IMG/VR virus record: IMGVR_UViG_3300027754_005796
Coordinates: 1 to 64,000 of that record
Reading direction: 5' to 3' (one strand)
DNA length: 64,000 nt
Origin: a virus
The translations under genes were made by a program, and so were the position numbers. The notes below the pieces were generated by a model that had not been told where the DNA came from, searched no databases, and worked only from the letters and a program-made list of their open reading frames with translations. Below, one piece after another: positions 18,473-28,479 of the stretch. Each line of letters starts with the position of its first letter. Within the stretch, counting starts at the first letter, position 1.

Positions 18473-19231
18473 GTGGGATTTGAGTGTTGCTACTACTATC
18501 ACGAGCGAGTAGATGGTGAATACAATAAGGAAGAAATAAAAACTCTGCGCAGGAAAGTCGGGGACGCTTTAGAAGATGTCCCTCTTGAAAAGCTGGCAGG
18601 GGCCATTATGGCACAACTTGCACGCAGAGATATTTGGATTACAAATGTAGAAGTTTTTGAAATCAGCAAGAAAGCTGTGAATTTCAAGGAGGCTAAAGGT
18701 GGAATTGTACTGAAAAACAAAAAGTTTTTATTTGATTCGGGTGGTGCTACATCATTCGTTACAGTTGAAGAAATTGAGCCACTCCCACAGTTGGAGCAAC
18801 ATCCTAATTCGCAGATTCAATATCAGCCTCAGCAGTTTTCGCAGCAGCAATCTCAACATCTTTCTGCTGCTGCACATCCGCACAATCTTGCCGCCAAACA
18901 GAAAAAGCCAATTGATTATGTTCTTTTTGCACCAGAGCCTCAACAATTACACGAGGCAAAACGCAAGAACCTTAGATTGACAGTCAATACAAAATATGCA
19001 GTTTTGGAAAAGAAAATGACCCCGACTAACATCGGGGAGATTTATGTCGTATTAGATGATTTAGGTAGAGAACAATCTGTTTCTGATGCATATTTTGTGC
19101 CTGCTAATATCAATCTTGTTGCAGATAGGGAATTAAACTTCTCAGAAACAACAACCGAACGAGAAGGCGGCAACTTGTACTGGGGCGGTGCAAGCGGAGA
19201 TCAAAATATGCCAGATGTTCGCAGAAGATAG
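18473..19231 (+). CDS. Hypothetical protein with Gln-rich linker
   Basis: 252-aa ORF; GGAGGAG SD before GTG. Confidence 0.7.
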   Translation: MGFECCYYYHERVDGEYNKEEIKTLRRKVGDALEDVPLEKLAGAIMAQLARRDIWITNVEVFEISKKAVNFKEAKGGIVLKNKKFLFDSGGATSFVTVEEIEPLPQLEQHPNSQIQYQPQQFSQQQSQHLSAAAHPHNLAAKQKKPIDYVLFAPEPQQLHEAKRKNLRLTVNTKYAVLEKKMTPTNIGEIYVVLDDLGREQSVSDAYFVPANINLVADRELNFSETTTEREGGNLYWGGASGDQNMPDVRRR

Positions 19232-19244
19232 TTAAAAGGAGATT

Positions 19245-19715
19245 TTGATGTCAATGTCTAGAAATAATCCACAGAAGAGAAAATTGCGAGAAAAGGCTGT
19301 CAGGCAAAAAGTCCTTGTCAATCGTGAGGAACTGCGTATTGAACGACGAGCTCAACAGGAAGAGCTTATCAAGGATAGAGAGAGGTTCCTTTTGGAACAT
19401 GGAAAAATCCCTCAAGCAAAACCCGGAAACCCAGAATCTGCTGCACGCTGTGATGCAAAACAGTCGCAAAAAATTGTTGAAAAACTTGCCCATAATCTAG
19501 AAATTCTCAAGGTTTTGGAAAAAGAATACGAGGACGAGCAATCCCGCAGAAATGAAGTCAACGAGAAGCTTGAGTCAGAAGGATATAAAACCATGAAGGA
19601 AAAAATGAATGCACTTCATGAAAAAGCCTTGAAAATGAAGGGCGATGCCGAGGCATTGGCCAAAGCAGAGTCTGATTATGTTGCACAGCATAATTCTGAT
19701 GTACAATCAGAATAA
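19245..19715 (+). CDS. Hypothetical coiled-coil protein
   Basis: 156-aa K/E-rich ORF; AGGAG SD. Confidence 0.65.
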   Translation: MMSMSRNNPQKRKLREKAVRQKVLVNREELRIERRAQQEELIKDRERFLLEHGKIPQAKPGNPESAARCDAKQSQKIVEKLAHNLEILKVLEKEYEDEQSRRNEVNEKLESEGYKTMKEKMNALHEKALKMKGDAEALAKAESDYVAQHNSDVQSE

Positions 19716-19778
19716 AAATTTTGAAAAAGTTCAAGAAATGCCCTAAAGTTTCTTGCACATTTTGTCGATACACTTTAT

Positions 19779-19822
19779 GACAGCACTTGTGGACACCAAA
19801 GTGCTGTCGCTTTTTTGGTGTC
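19779..19822 (+). promoter_or_regulatory. H-type pseudoknot in SSB leader (gene 32-like autoregulatory element)
   Basis: Stem 1 GACAGCACTT 19779-19788/AAGTGCTGTC 19799-19808; stem 2 GACACCA 19792-19798/TGGTGTC 19816-19822. Confidence 0.6.
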
Positions 19823-19853
19823 ACACTTTTACTTACTTTAGAGGTTAACTTCT

Positions 19854-20852
19854 ATGTCACTTGATTACGAAGCACTCGACATGAGCGATATCATGAACGA
19901 GGTCAAAAGAGTTACCGAGGAAGGCAACTCAGGCGGTGGTAGTTCCGATTACTTGGAGAAGTTTGTCCGTCTCCCAGAACGGGATGGATATGTGCTTCTG
20001 CGCATCATGCCCCGCCGAAAAGGCACTCCTAAGCCTTGGGTGGCAACCCGTGTCCACACCCTGAACAATTCAGCAACCCGCCAGAAGAAGACTTACCATT
20101 GCCCCAAGACCTTGGTCATGACCGACCGTGGTGAAAAGTGGCAAGGCGATTGCATCATCTGCAAGTATTATTCTGACCTGTGGCAGAAGTCCGAAGGCAT
20201 GTCGGGCAAGGCACAGGAGGACTTGCAAAATCAAGCCCGTGCCATCAAGCCTGTCGAACGATACTACTACAATGTCATCGTCCGTTCTGAGAAGGATAGA
20301 GATGGCAATGTGCAGAAGAATGTCGGCCCCAAGATTTATTCTTGTGGCAAACAGGTTCACGCCAAGATTGTCCGTGCCATCGCTGGTGATGAAACCGCTG
20401 GCGAGAAGGCTTTGGGCGATGTCACCAATCCCAAGGACGGTCGTGACTTTAGGGTTGTGAAGAAGGTAGTAAAGGGTGGTGGCGGTGCCGAATACCCTAA
20501 CTACGATAACTCAAAGTTTGAAGCATCCAGCCCGTTGGGTTCGCCCGATGATCTGAAGCTTTGGATCGAAAAGATGCACGACTTGCAGGCTCTTCGCATC
20601 CTGAAAAACGGCGATGAACTCAAGCACGCTCTTCGTGTTCATCTGGGCATGGTCAAGGATGGCGATGCTGGCGCTGATGATGAGTTGGCAGAATTTCGCA
20701 ACGCTAAAACGCCTGCTCCTTCCAGACCCGCTGCTGTTGAAAGCGTTCGTGAAGAGCTCGCTGTTAGTAGCAGTTCCAGCAAGGAAGAAAGTAAGTCATC
20801 CGACGATATGCTGGCCGACGACGACTTTATGAAAGAGTTGTCGAACATGTAA
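19854..20852 (+). CDS. T4 gp32-like single-stranded DNA-binding protein
   Basis: Zn ligands H..C..CIIC, YYYNVIVR, DPxxGRDF-like NPKDGRDF, YPNYDNSKF, acidic C-terminal tail; upstream of recA. Confidence 0.85.
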   Translation: MSLDYEALDMSDIMNEVKRVTEEGNSGGGSSDYLEKFVRLPERDGYVLLRIMPRRKGTPKPWVATRVHTLNNSATRQKKTYHCPKTLVMTDRGEKWQGDCIICKYYSDLWQKSEGMSGKAQEDLQNQARAIKPVERYYYNVIVRSEKDRDGNVQKNVGPKIYSCGKQVHAKIVRAIAGDETAGEKALGDVTNPKDGRDFRVVKKVVKGGGGAEYPNYDNSKFEASSPLGSPDDLKLWIEKMHDLQALRILKNGDELKHALRVHLGMVKDGDAGADDELAEFRNAKTPAPSRPAAVESVREELAVSSSSSKEESKSSDDMLADDDFMKELSNM

Positions 20853-20861
20853 TGTCTTTCT

Positions 20862-20908
20862 AAAGCCATTTTGCAGGAGAAAATCCTGCAAAATGGCTTT
20901 TTATTTTT
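20862..20908 (+). terminator. Intrinsic terminator after ssb
   Basis: 17-bp perfect stem AAAGCCATTTTGCAGGA/TCCTGCAAAATGGCTTT plus T tract. Confidence 0.75.
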
Positions 20909-20936
20909 CTTGTAATCAAACTTTGGGGATACACAT

Positions 20937-22166
20937 ATGGCTAGGAAGAAAAATGCCGAAGGCATTGATGATGATTTTTTTTCTGAATTTGCAAAAGAAA
21001 CTGGCGGTAATGTATTGAGCGATGATGATTCTGTTACATATTTTGTAGATACAGGCTCATTAGCTCTCAATTACATTTGCTCTGGTCAATTCATCACGGG
21101 TGGTATTCCCGGCGGAAAATTGACTGAAATTTACGGTCACAACAGTAGCAGCAAGTCGCTCTTTGGTGCCAACATTTTGTTTGGATGCCAAAAAATGGGT
21201 GGTGTAGCAATCCTGCTTGATTGTGAAAACAGCGCAAACAAGGAGTTCATTCAGAAGGCAAGCCATTGCGATCTGCGAAGGATCGTCAGGGCTGCTCCAG
21301 AGACTCTGGAAGATGTTTTTGTCAAGATGTATAAGATGATTGAGTTTGTACGGTCCAAGAAGGGCAATGATTTGCCTATTGTGATCGTTTATGATTCAAT
21401 TGGCGTGTCTCCATCCGCTCGTGAACTGCGAGAGGTTGATCTTCCAGAGGGATACACCAAATCGCAGTTTAAGTCGATTGTGGGTGGAAATGAGCAACCC
21501 GGAGAGCGTGCTAAGATTTGCTCTCGTGAACTTCGCAAACTCAACACCATTATGGAAAGGCATAATGCTACGGTTGTGATACTCAACCAGACTCGTGCCA
21601 AAATCGGCGGTTGGGCTCCTATGGGGCAACAACCAATGACCACCGCTGGTGGTGGCAATGCTCTTCCTTTCTATGCATCTTTGAGGATTGAAACCAAAAC
21701 CCTCAAACGCATTGAAAAGAAATTGACAGCAACCAAGAAGAAAACTCTTGGTATCAATGTGCGTCTGAAAAACATTAAAAACAAGACGCATCGTCCTTTC
21801 GTTGAAACTGAAAATGTTCAGTTGCTTTTCGACAAGGGTATCAATCCAATCAGCGGACTTTTGAGTTGCTTGCTGGACGCTGATCGCCTTTCAATCAAGG
21901 GTACGGGTACTTTTTTGGTTAACCCTGCTTATTCAGGTGGTGAAGAAGTAAAGTTCAGGGCAAACACCGAAAGGAATGATGTTCCCATCGATATTTTGTT
22001 CAAGTGTCCCGGACTTATCGACGCAGCTAGTGTGGAACAGGTTGAAAAATACCTTGAGCCATACAAGGCAGCTTTGGAAAGCCGAGCAGAGGATGATTCT
22101 GAAGTCGAACTTTCCGAGGTCGGAGATAGTGCCGACGAGGAAATTGACGAAGAATTAGAGGAATGA
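20937..22166 (+). CDS. recA: RecA/UvsX recombinase
   Basis: TGSLALN, GGIPGGKLTEIYG, variant Walker A GHNSSSKS, IVYDSI, ILNQTR, GGGNALPFYASLR. Confidence 0.9.
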   Translation: MARKKNAEGIDDDFFSEFAKETGGNVLSDDDSVTYFVDTGSLALNYICSGQFITGGIPGGKLTEIYGHNSSSKSLFGANILFGCQKMGGVAILLDCENSANKEFIQKASHCDLRRIVRAAPETLEDVFVKMYKMIEFVRSKKGNDLPIVIVYDSIGVSPSARELREVDLPEGYTKSQFKSIVGGNEQPGERAKICSRELRKLNTIMERHNATVVILNQTRAKIGGWAPMGQQPMTTAGGGNALPFYASLRIETKTLKRIEKKLTATKKKTLGINVRLKNIKNKTHRPFVETENVQLLFDKGINPISGLLSCLLDADRLSIKGTGTFLVNPAYSGGEEVKFRANTERNDVPIDILFKCPGLIDAASVEQVEKYLEPYKAALESRAEDDSEVELSEVGDSADEEIDEELEE

Positions 22167-22184
22167 GGCCAAATCTACGGGCGG

Positions 22185-23261
22185 TCAGGGAAGACTGCCT
22201 TTAGCAAAATGCAATATTTTGATGAGTGCGTAGTCTTTCCAAACAAATAATTTCTCGTCTGTAGTCTGGAAGTAAGCTACTTCTTCATCATTGTCGTCGC
22301 TGTAGACAGCCAAAGTATTATCAATTTTACACCATAGTCCGATTTGGTCTGTATTTCTGTAGTCTAATTGACCATCTCCAGTCTGTATTACAGTTACGGT
22401 GTGGTTTTCATTGAATTTGACTACTTTTTTGGCACCATTCTTAGGACCAAAAAAGAAAGTTTGATTTTCCACAGCGGGATAAGGTTCTTTGTTAAAAGCA
22501 TCAAGCCAATAAAGCGCCTTAGGATTTCTGTCACGACTAATCCAATGCACATGATGTCTTATGCCTCCAAACAGGCTTAAATTACACAGTTCGGCTTCAT
22601 GTGTTAAAAATTTTACAAGAGTCGGGTAGACTTTTGCAATTTTGAGTGCGTGAGTCATGCTGTGATCTCCATAGCCCTCAGCGAATTCTTTACGCATCTC
22701 CAGATATCTCATGGCGACATCGCTTCTTTTCATTCTTTGTACAGCAGCGTTACTTGTTATTGAAATTTCATGCTCATGTGGAGGAGCAATGTGGAATGAC
22801 ATATTTGGATGAGGTCTGTACCAATTTCCAAAACCAAGCATAGTTAAAAGAGTTTGGTCAATAGGCTGCACATCATAGCTAAATTCGCTAACTATGTGAT
22901 ATTCTCTGGTGTGATCAAACTCTAATTCCAAGGTCTGAAACAACCTGTCCAAATCTGTAATGCTGTCTTCATCAATCCTCATGTACCATTTTGCACGGTT
23001 TGGTTCAATTGTTGTTGAATAATAGTAGTAAATTTTCTGAGCCACATGTCCGTATGGAGTCACTATTGCTTCAACATCAACATTGTCAGGCCAACCAGAA
23101 TTTATTTCTTCTGGTTTATTTTTGGCAGATAACATCAAATATAATTTAATTTTTCTGTTGCCGATATTTTGAAGTCCATACTTACGAAAGTCGTGAGCTC
23201 TTGTCAACAACCTTTTATCATTTGTCTCAATCGGAACTATGATTTCGTAATCGTACATCAT
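22185..23261 (-). CDS. Glycosyltransferase-like protein
   Basis: YEIIVPI start; KWYMRIDED DxD motif. Confidence 0.5.
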   Translation of the reverse strand: MMYDYEIIVPIETNDKRLLTRAHDFRKYGLQNIGNRKIKLYLMLSAKNKPEEINSGWPDNVDVEAIVTPYGHVAQKIYYYYSTTIEPNRAKWYMRIDEDSITDLDRLFQTLELEFDHTREYHIVSEFSYDVQPIDQTLLTMLGFGNWYRPHPNMSFHIAPPHEHEISITSNAAVQRMKRSDVAMRYLEMRKEFAEGYGDHSMTHALKIAKVYPTLVKFLTHEAELCNLSLFGGIRHHVHWISRDRNPKALYWLDAFNKEPYPAVENQTFFFGPKNGAKKVVKFNENHTVTVIQTGDGQLDYRNTDQIGLWCKIDNTLAVYSDDNDEEVAYFQTTDEKLFVWKDYALIKILHFAKGSLP

Positions 23262-23722
23262 ATCACCTTGTAATTGCCTGCGCTTAATTTAATAAATTGA
23301 AATCCTTGATTTTCAAGGGTTGTTTTAACTTTTCGCAAATGGTTGCAAAGTGCTGCGCTTCCTATGCCGTCTTCTTGGTACTTTTCTCTAAGGTCTTTTA
23401 ATGATACTGTTTTACGCTCTAAGAATCGATTTGTGATGTATTTTTGTACTATTTTGGCCAATATAAGGGTTTGTTTTCTGTCTTTTACTGCCAAAATTTT
23501 GTTTTCTAGTATCTCATATTGTATTGCAGATATTTTTACGGTTGGATTGCAGATAGCAGGCACAAGTTTGTCTAGATCTAGAAGTTCTCCCTGTGTCATG
23601 TTGACTATTTTCATATTTGCATGAAAACTTTTGCAAAACTCCACTAGTTGAACCATATTTTCTTTGTGTGTAAAAAATTTTCTTTTGTCTTTTAACTCGA
23701 TGAGAAGACACTTCATGAGCAA
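23258..23722 (-). CDS. Hypothetical protein, possible C-terminal winged HTH
   Basis: 154-aa ORF with AGGAG SD; VSLKDLREKY...ALCNHLRKVK. Confidence 0.55.
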   Translation of the reverse strand: MLMKCLLIELKDKRKFFTHKENMVQLVEFCKSFHANMKIVNMTQGELLDLDKLVPAICNPTVKISAIQYEILENKILAVKDRKQTLILAKIVQKYITNRFLERKTVSLKDLREKYQEDGIGSAALCNHLRKVKTTLENQGFQFIKLSAGNYKVI

Positions 23723-23808
23723 CTCCTTTGGTTCACGATAATTATAGATTGTTTTGACACAATTGCTACTTTCAAGCGTAAATCATATAATGAAGATCGG
23801 AGGAGCAA

Positions 23809-24831
23809 ATGGATTCAGTTAAACAAAATTTGAATCTTGAGAGCTTCCGCAGATTTGGCGCTGAGATTGAAATCAACGCTTTTGATTTGCGCAACCGACC
23901 GATAGGTCATCAGGAAGGCAGACTTCCTGAAGGTACGCATCATGTAGCTAATTTGGTGAAAAAAACTGTTAAAAAACCAGTTAGAATTCACAAATGGGCT
24001 TACGATCACAACAACAGCGTATGGATTATAAAACCCGATAGTAGTTGCGGAATTGAAATATGCACTCCAGTTCTTAAAGGCTGGACCGGTTTGATGGAGA
24101 CATGTCGTGTTGTTAATGCTCTGAGCTTGGATTCAAAAATAAAAGTTGATGATAGATGTTCGTTTCATGTTCATGTTGATATCGGTGATTTAAGCGAGTC
24201 TGAAGTTGCCAGCATTTTGACTTGGTGGACAAAATGCGAAGCTGTTTTCATGGACTCGGTTCCTATGAACCGCAAGAGAAATCAATATTGCCAGTTATTG
24301 GGCCAGTCGGAAATATTCGGAAATGTTGAAGATGGCTTCATGCCAAATGAAACTTTAATTCGCAAATTGGGTTTTTGTAAATATTATACTATCAACACAT
24401 ATCATTATTATAACAACAAGCGAAAAACCATTGAATTTAGAATTATGGACAGCGAATGCTGTATTGATCCTTGGATTTGCAAAAATTGGATTAGGCTAAT
24501 TTTGCAGTTGATTGATAGGTCTTTGAAATTAGGGATGCCAATTGAGTATCAGCAAGGAAGTCCTTGGTCGGGCTATTGTTGGCTTGACCCATTGGATGTT
24601 TTTACTTTTTTGGGATTTGATGGTAGTTACAACCTTTCTTTAGCCCTCGAACAGGTTCGTGGATGGTTTTTAGAACGGCTTTATAACAATTCCAAGATGA
24701 CATATTTGCATGGAGTTATGGGATACAAATCCAGAAGTCCTGCACAAAGGGAAATTGATTTGTTGCATGAAAAATTCGAGGATAATGAATTCTTTTACGG
24801 AGATGTATTTAGCAAAAAATTCAGTAAATAA
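23809..24831 (+). CDS. Amidoligase (COOH-NH2 ligase superfamily)
   Basis: FGAEIE, WIIKPDSSCGIEICTPVL, CSFHVHV, KYYTIN, TIEFR. Confidence 0.85.
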   Translation: MDSVKQNLNLESFRRFGAEIEINAFDLRNRPIGHQEGRLPEGTHHVANLVKKTVKKPVRIHKWAYDHNNSVWIIKPDSSCGIEICTPVLKGWTGLMETCRVVNALSLDSKIKVDDRCSFHVHVDIGDLSESEVASILTWWTKCEAVFMDSVPMNRKRNQYCQLLGQSEIFGNVEDGFMPNETLIRKLGFCKYYTINTYHYYNNKRKTIEFRIMDSECCIDPWICKNWIRLILQLIDRSLKLGMPIEYQQGSPWSGYCWLDPLDVFTFLGFDGSYNLSLALEQVRGWFLERLYNNSKMTYLHGVMGYKSRSPAQREIDLLHEKFEDNEFFYGDVFSKKFSK

Positions 24832-24854
24832 ATTAATTGGTTTGAAGGAAATTT

Positions 24855-25313
24855 ATGATCAAGCCTGCAACGCTATCTGAAATTGTTGAAGTCATGACAG
24901 GTATCGGTGAAGTTCTTGTGCCATTCAATTTTCCCAAAGCACCGATTAATCTGGAGGATCAATTGGGCATTTTTAAGGCTCGTGATGCGGAAATAGATGG
25001 ATATTCTATGTTTTTGCATTATCAAAAGTCTGACCACGACGATTATTACATTGAAACCCTTCAAATCAACAATCGAAGAGGGCCTTTTTTACCTTTTAAT
25101 TTGATTTGTAAAATAGGCACAAAGTTTCTGGGCACTTTGAATCTTTCCTTAATTGAAATATTCAGGGAAAACAAGAAGATTTATGTCTGGTCTAAATGTA
25201 CAGATAAAAAAGGCAAGTCTATTCCTGTTCCAAACAATTCAGAGTCTGAATCATGTGATTATGAGGGTTTGCAATATCTTTACATGCAGCCAAATGATGT
25301 AGATTTTCTGTGA
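24855..25313 (+). CDS. Hypothetical protein
   Basis: 152-aa ORF; AAGGA SD. Confidence 0.65.
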   Translation: MIKPATLSEIVEVMTGIGEVLVPFNFPKAPINLEDQLGIFKARDAEIDGYSMFLHYQKSDHDDYYIETLQINNRRGPFLPFNLICKIGTKFLGTLNLSLIEIFRENKKIYVWSKCTDKKGKSIPVPNNSESESCDYEGLQYLYMQPNDVDFL

Positions 25314-25412
25314 TAATTTTAAACCTGCAATTTGCGTCACAATAGCACGGCAAATTGATATATAAGGCACAACGCTTTCTTATGGCGTTTTCCTTTTACG
25401 AGGGTCTAAACC

Positions 25413-25712
25413 ATGAAAAAAAACAAGATTCAAGCCATGTTGGTTGAGCATCTTATGAAGTATGGCTCTATCGAAATAATTTTGCCAGATAGTGTTAAAG
25501 TTGAAATTGGTCTGACTCAAGAAAATCAAAATGGCAAGCTAATCGTAAAAGAAAATTATTGTTGGGTCATCACATCCAGAGAAAACAGGTCAACTAGTCT
25601 GGATGCTTACAATATGGGTCTGAGATTTTCGGATGACGATAAGATGCTTGTGCTTGAGGATAAGTTCATCGATCAAAATGGAGAGAATGTACGAAGATTA
25701 GATGTCGTTTAA
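25413..25712 (+). CDS. Hypothetical protein
   Basis: 99-aa ORF; GAGG SD; ATATATA box at 25358. Confidence 0.65.
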   Translation: MKKNKIQAMLVEHLMKYGSIEIILPDSVKVEIGLTQENQNGKLIVKENYCWVITSRENRSTSLDAYNMGLRFSDDDKMLVLEDKFIDQNGENVRRLDVV

Positions 25713-26047
25713 GACTCCATGATACTACCTGTTATTGTGTTGTAATTAATTTCGCTTTTGGTATTTAAAAAAAGTTCAATCGTGCCCTCTGCCAAGCGGT
25801 TGTTTGACAGAGGCACGCTGAAATCAACCCATATCGTGAATCCCAGTCCTTTAAAGGCGAAGTTTGATATGGTTATGGTTGCGCCTTTGTTTTTGATTTT
25901 TGCACAACTTATAATTGCGAGGCAGTCGGCATTTTCTTGTACTTTTTTTAGTACAAATGCCAACAGCTTGGAACTGTTTATAAACTGTGTCCAATTAGCC
26001 ACGAGCAACGCTTCAAATTTTTCTTGGTCGAATAATTTGGACAACAC
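25709..26047 (-). CDS. Hypothetical protein
   Basis: 112-aa ORF converging on the previous gene. Confidence 0.55.
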   Translation of the reverse strand: MLSKLFDQEKFEALLVANWTQFINSSKLLAFVLKKVQENADCLAIISCAKIKNKGATITISNFAFKGLGFTIWVDFSVPLSNNRLAEGTIELFLNTKSEINYNTITGSIMES

Positions 26048-26074
26048 AGTAAGATTCCTGAGGAAGTTTTTTAT

Positions 26075-26332
26075 ATGAAAAAGCCAGAGGTTTATCTAAA
26101 AGAGTATTGTCAAAAAATTTCGGACGATCATGTCAAGTTTTTGATTGGCAGGCTCAACCAAAGATTAAACGGCGACCTTGCTGAAGCTGTTGATTTCTTA
26201 AGCAATGTGAGAGAAATTGACAAGTGGCTTGTTGCAGCCGAGGATTCTACAGAATTTTATGATATGATTGATCTCATCCACAACGCTGTTGCTCGTGAAC
26301 ACGACAAAAGGCTCGGCGTTGTGCCTGCATGA
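26075..26332 (+). CDS. Hypothetical protein
   Basis: 85-aa ORF; GAGGA SD; followed by a terminator. Confidence 0.65.
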   Translation: MKKPEVYLKEYCQKISDDHVKFLIGRLNQRLNGDLAEAVDFLSNVREIDKWLVAAEDSTEFYDMIDLIHNAVAREHDKRLGVVPA

Positions 26333-26353
26333 TTTACAATAAATTTTTTCCAC

Positions 26354-26381
26354 GAGCGCCTCTTTTTAGGGGCGCTTTTTT
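26354..26381 (+). terminator. Intrinsic terminator
   Basis: GAGCGCCTCT-tttt-AGGGGCGCTT plus T tract. Confidence 0.7.
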
Positions 26382-26436
26382 CGTTGAATGTTTGTGCATT
26401 TCGTGTTAAGGTGATTCATCAACAATTGGAGTTTTT

Positions 26437-28479
26437 ATGCCACCCATCGTCCATCTGAATGATCAAGAAGTTTGCGTTGCCACTTTGGACTATCCCCATG
26501 CAAAGTGGAAGTTTGAGAAATTAAACCCTGTGCAGAGCAGGATGATGGAGGTCTACAACAAAGACATGAATGGTTTGATCGCTGCCAGTACCTCAGCAGG
26601 AAAAACAGTTGTTGCTGAAATGTTTCTTGCTCAAGAAATTCGTGAGCGTGGCGGTAAAGGCATGTTTCTTGCCCCTCTTCGTGCTTTAGCTCGGGAAAAA
26701 ATTAACGATTGGAAAGGACTTGGTTATCACTTTTCAGACTTAAATATAAGTATTTGTACTGGTGATTATCGCCTTACAAAAGAAAGATCACAAGAACTAA
26801 ATGACGCTAATTTAATTATCATGACGAGTGAAATGCTCAGTCATCGCAGTCGCAATTATAAGTCTGAACAAAATCAGTTTTTGAAAGAGGTTGGAACGCT
26901 AGTTTTGGACGAGAGCCATTTGCTTACAGTCCCCGGTCGTGGAGATCATCTTGAAGTTGGATTGATGAAATTCACTCAAATCAATCCAAAAGCAAGGCTT
27001 ATTCTTCTTTCGGCAACCATGCCAAATGTGGAAGAAATCGCTGAGTGGATTAGCTATATGTTGACAGGTCGAGAAACTTTTGTTCTTAGGTCTAAATATC
27101 GGCCTGTACCACTTATTACACATTATGAACCATATAGCGATGATATGGGCCGTTATGACTTGATTGAAAAAGAAAAAATCAATAAGGCTATGGATATTGT
27201 CGAATGGTACAAAAGCGACAAGTTTTTAATTTTCGCCCACACTAAAAGAACAGGCGAAATGATGAAAAAAGAACTTCAATCCGCAGGTATTGAGGCAGAA
27301 TTTCATAATGCAGATTTAGAAACTTCGCAGCGTGCAAAGCTTGAGGATCGCTTCAAAAATGATCCCGAATTCAGAGTAATCGTAGCGACATCTGGTTTGG
27401 CTTGGGGTCTTAACCTTCCAGCTAGAAGAGTGATTATTTTGGGTGTCCATCGTGGAGTAGAAGAAGTTGAATCTCACGACATTTTGCAAATGGTTGGTCG
27501 TTCTGGTAGGTATGGTATCGATCCTATGGGAGATGCTTATATCCTTGTTCCAGAAAGCAAGATGCGTATTTATACTCAAAAGTATAGCGCTCCTCGTAGA
27601 ATTGAAAGTCAGTTGCTTGAAAAAACAGGTTCTCAGCATAAGTCTTTGGCATTTCATTTGGTTAGCGAGATATTTTTTGGTGGTATTTCTACAACAGATG
27701 ATTTTCACAATTGGTACAAGCGATCTCTAGCACATTATCAAAATAAACAATTACACGGAACAGTAGTTGACGACACGCTTGAATTGTTGAGAAAATGCGG
27801 TGCCATAGGTCAAGAAGACGGCAAATGGACCGCTAGGCCGATTGGCAAAATATCGAGTATGTTTTACATCAGTCCATTTGATGTCTCGGATTTGTATTTT
27901 GGATTCAAAAGCCTTTTTGATTCCAAGCGTGAAGAAGATGATTATGCTCTTTCAATCACGATTGCAAACTTAGACAGCCAACGCATGAATATCGTTTCCA
28001 AGGCTGAAAAAGACGAAATTAGCCTGTATGCAAACAAGATTAGAGTGATGATGACTGGTAAATTTTTGACTGATGGATGCATCAAGGCAGGATATTGTTA
28101 TTTCAATTTGCTTACGGGCAACAATTCGCAAGTTCTTGCTGCTTTTCAAAGAAATTTGCAGCAAGATTACAACAGAATTTCACAAGTTTTACAAGCTATG
28201 GATGCCATGACTGGTCAATGGGATCGTTCTGGCTGGTTCAAAACCCTTGAATTTCGCATAGCCAGCGGAGTGCCAGCACATCTTATCGATTTGTGCAAGA
28301 TAGCAAACATTGGCAAAGCAAGGGCCACTAAGCTTTATGATTCTGGATACAAGACATCAAAAGATTTGTCGAAGCTTGATGCTGCAAAGCTGTCTAAATT
28401 AATTAATGTGAAATTGGACATGGCTCAAGAAATGTTGCAGTCTGCCAAGGGTAAATCAATTGATTTTTTTGAAGCGTGA
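26437..28479 (+). CDS. Ski2-like/Hel308-type SF2 helicase
   Basis: LNPVQ Q-motif, ASTSAGKT, APLRALA, DESH, LSAT, LAWGLNLPA, QMVGRSGR, C-terminal HhH (IANIGKARA). Confidence 0.9.
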   Translation: MPPIVHLNDQEVCVATLDYPHAKWKFEKLNPVQSRMMEVYNKDMNGLIAASTSAGKTVVAEMFLAQEIRERGGKGMFLAPLRALAREKINDWKGLGYHFSDLNISICTGDYRLTKERSQELNDANLIIMTSEMLSHRSRNYKSEQNQFLKEVGTLVLDESHLLTVPGRGDHLEVGLMKFTQINPKARLILLSATMPNVEEIAEWISYMLTGRETFVLRSKYRPVPLITHYEPYSDDMGRYDLIEKEKINKAMDIVEWYKSDKFLIFAHTKRTGEMMKKELQSAGIEAEFHNADLETSQRAKLEDRFKNDPEFRVIVATSGLAWGLNLPARRVIILGVHRGVEEVESHDILQMVGRSGRYGIDPMGDAYILVPESKMRIYTQKYSAPRRIESQLLEKTGSQHKSLAFHLVSEIFFGGISTTDDFHNWYKRSLAHYQNKQLHGTVVDDTLELLRKCGAIGQEDGKWTARPIGKISSMFYISPFDVSDLYFGFKSLFDSKREEDDYALSITIANLDSQRMNIVSKAEKDEISLYANKIRVMMTGKFLTDGCIKAGYCYFNLLTGNNSQVLAAFQRNLQQDYNRISQVLQAMDAMTGQWDRSGWFKTLEFRIASGVPAHLIDLCKIANIGKARATKLYDSGYKTSKDLSKLDAAKLSKLINVKLDMAQEMLQSAKGKSIDFFEA

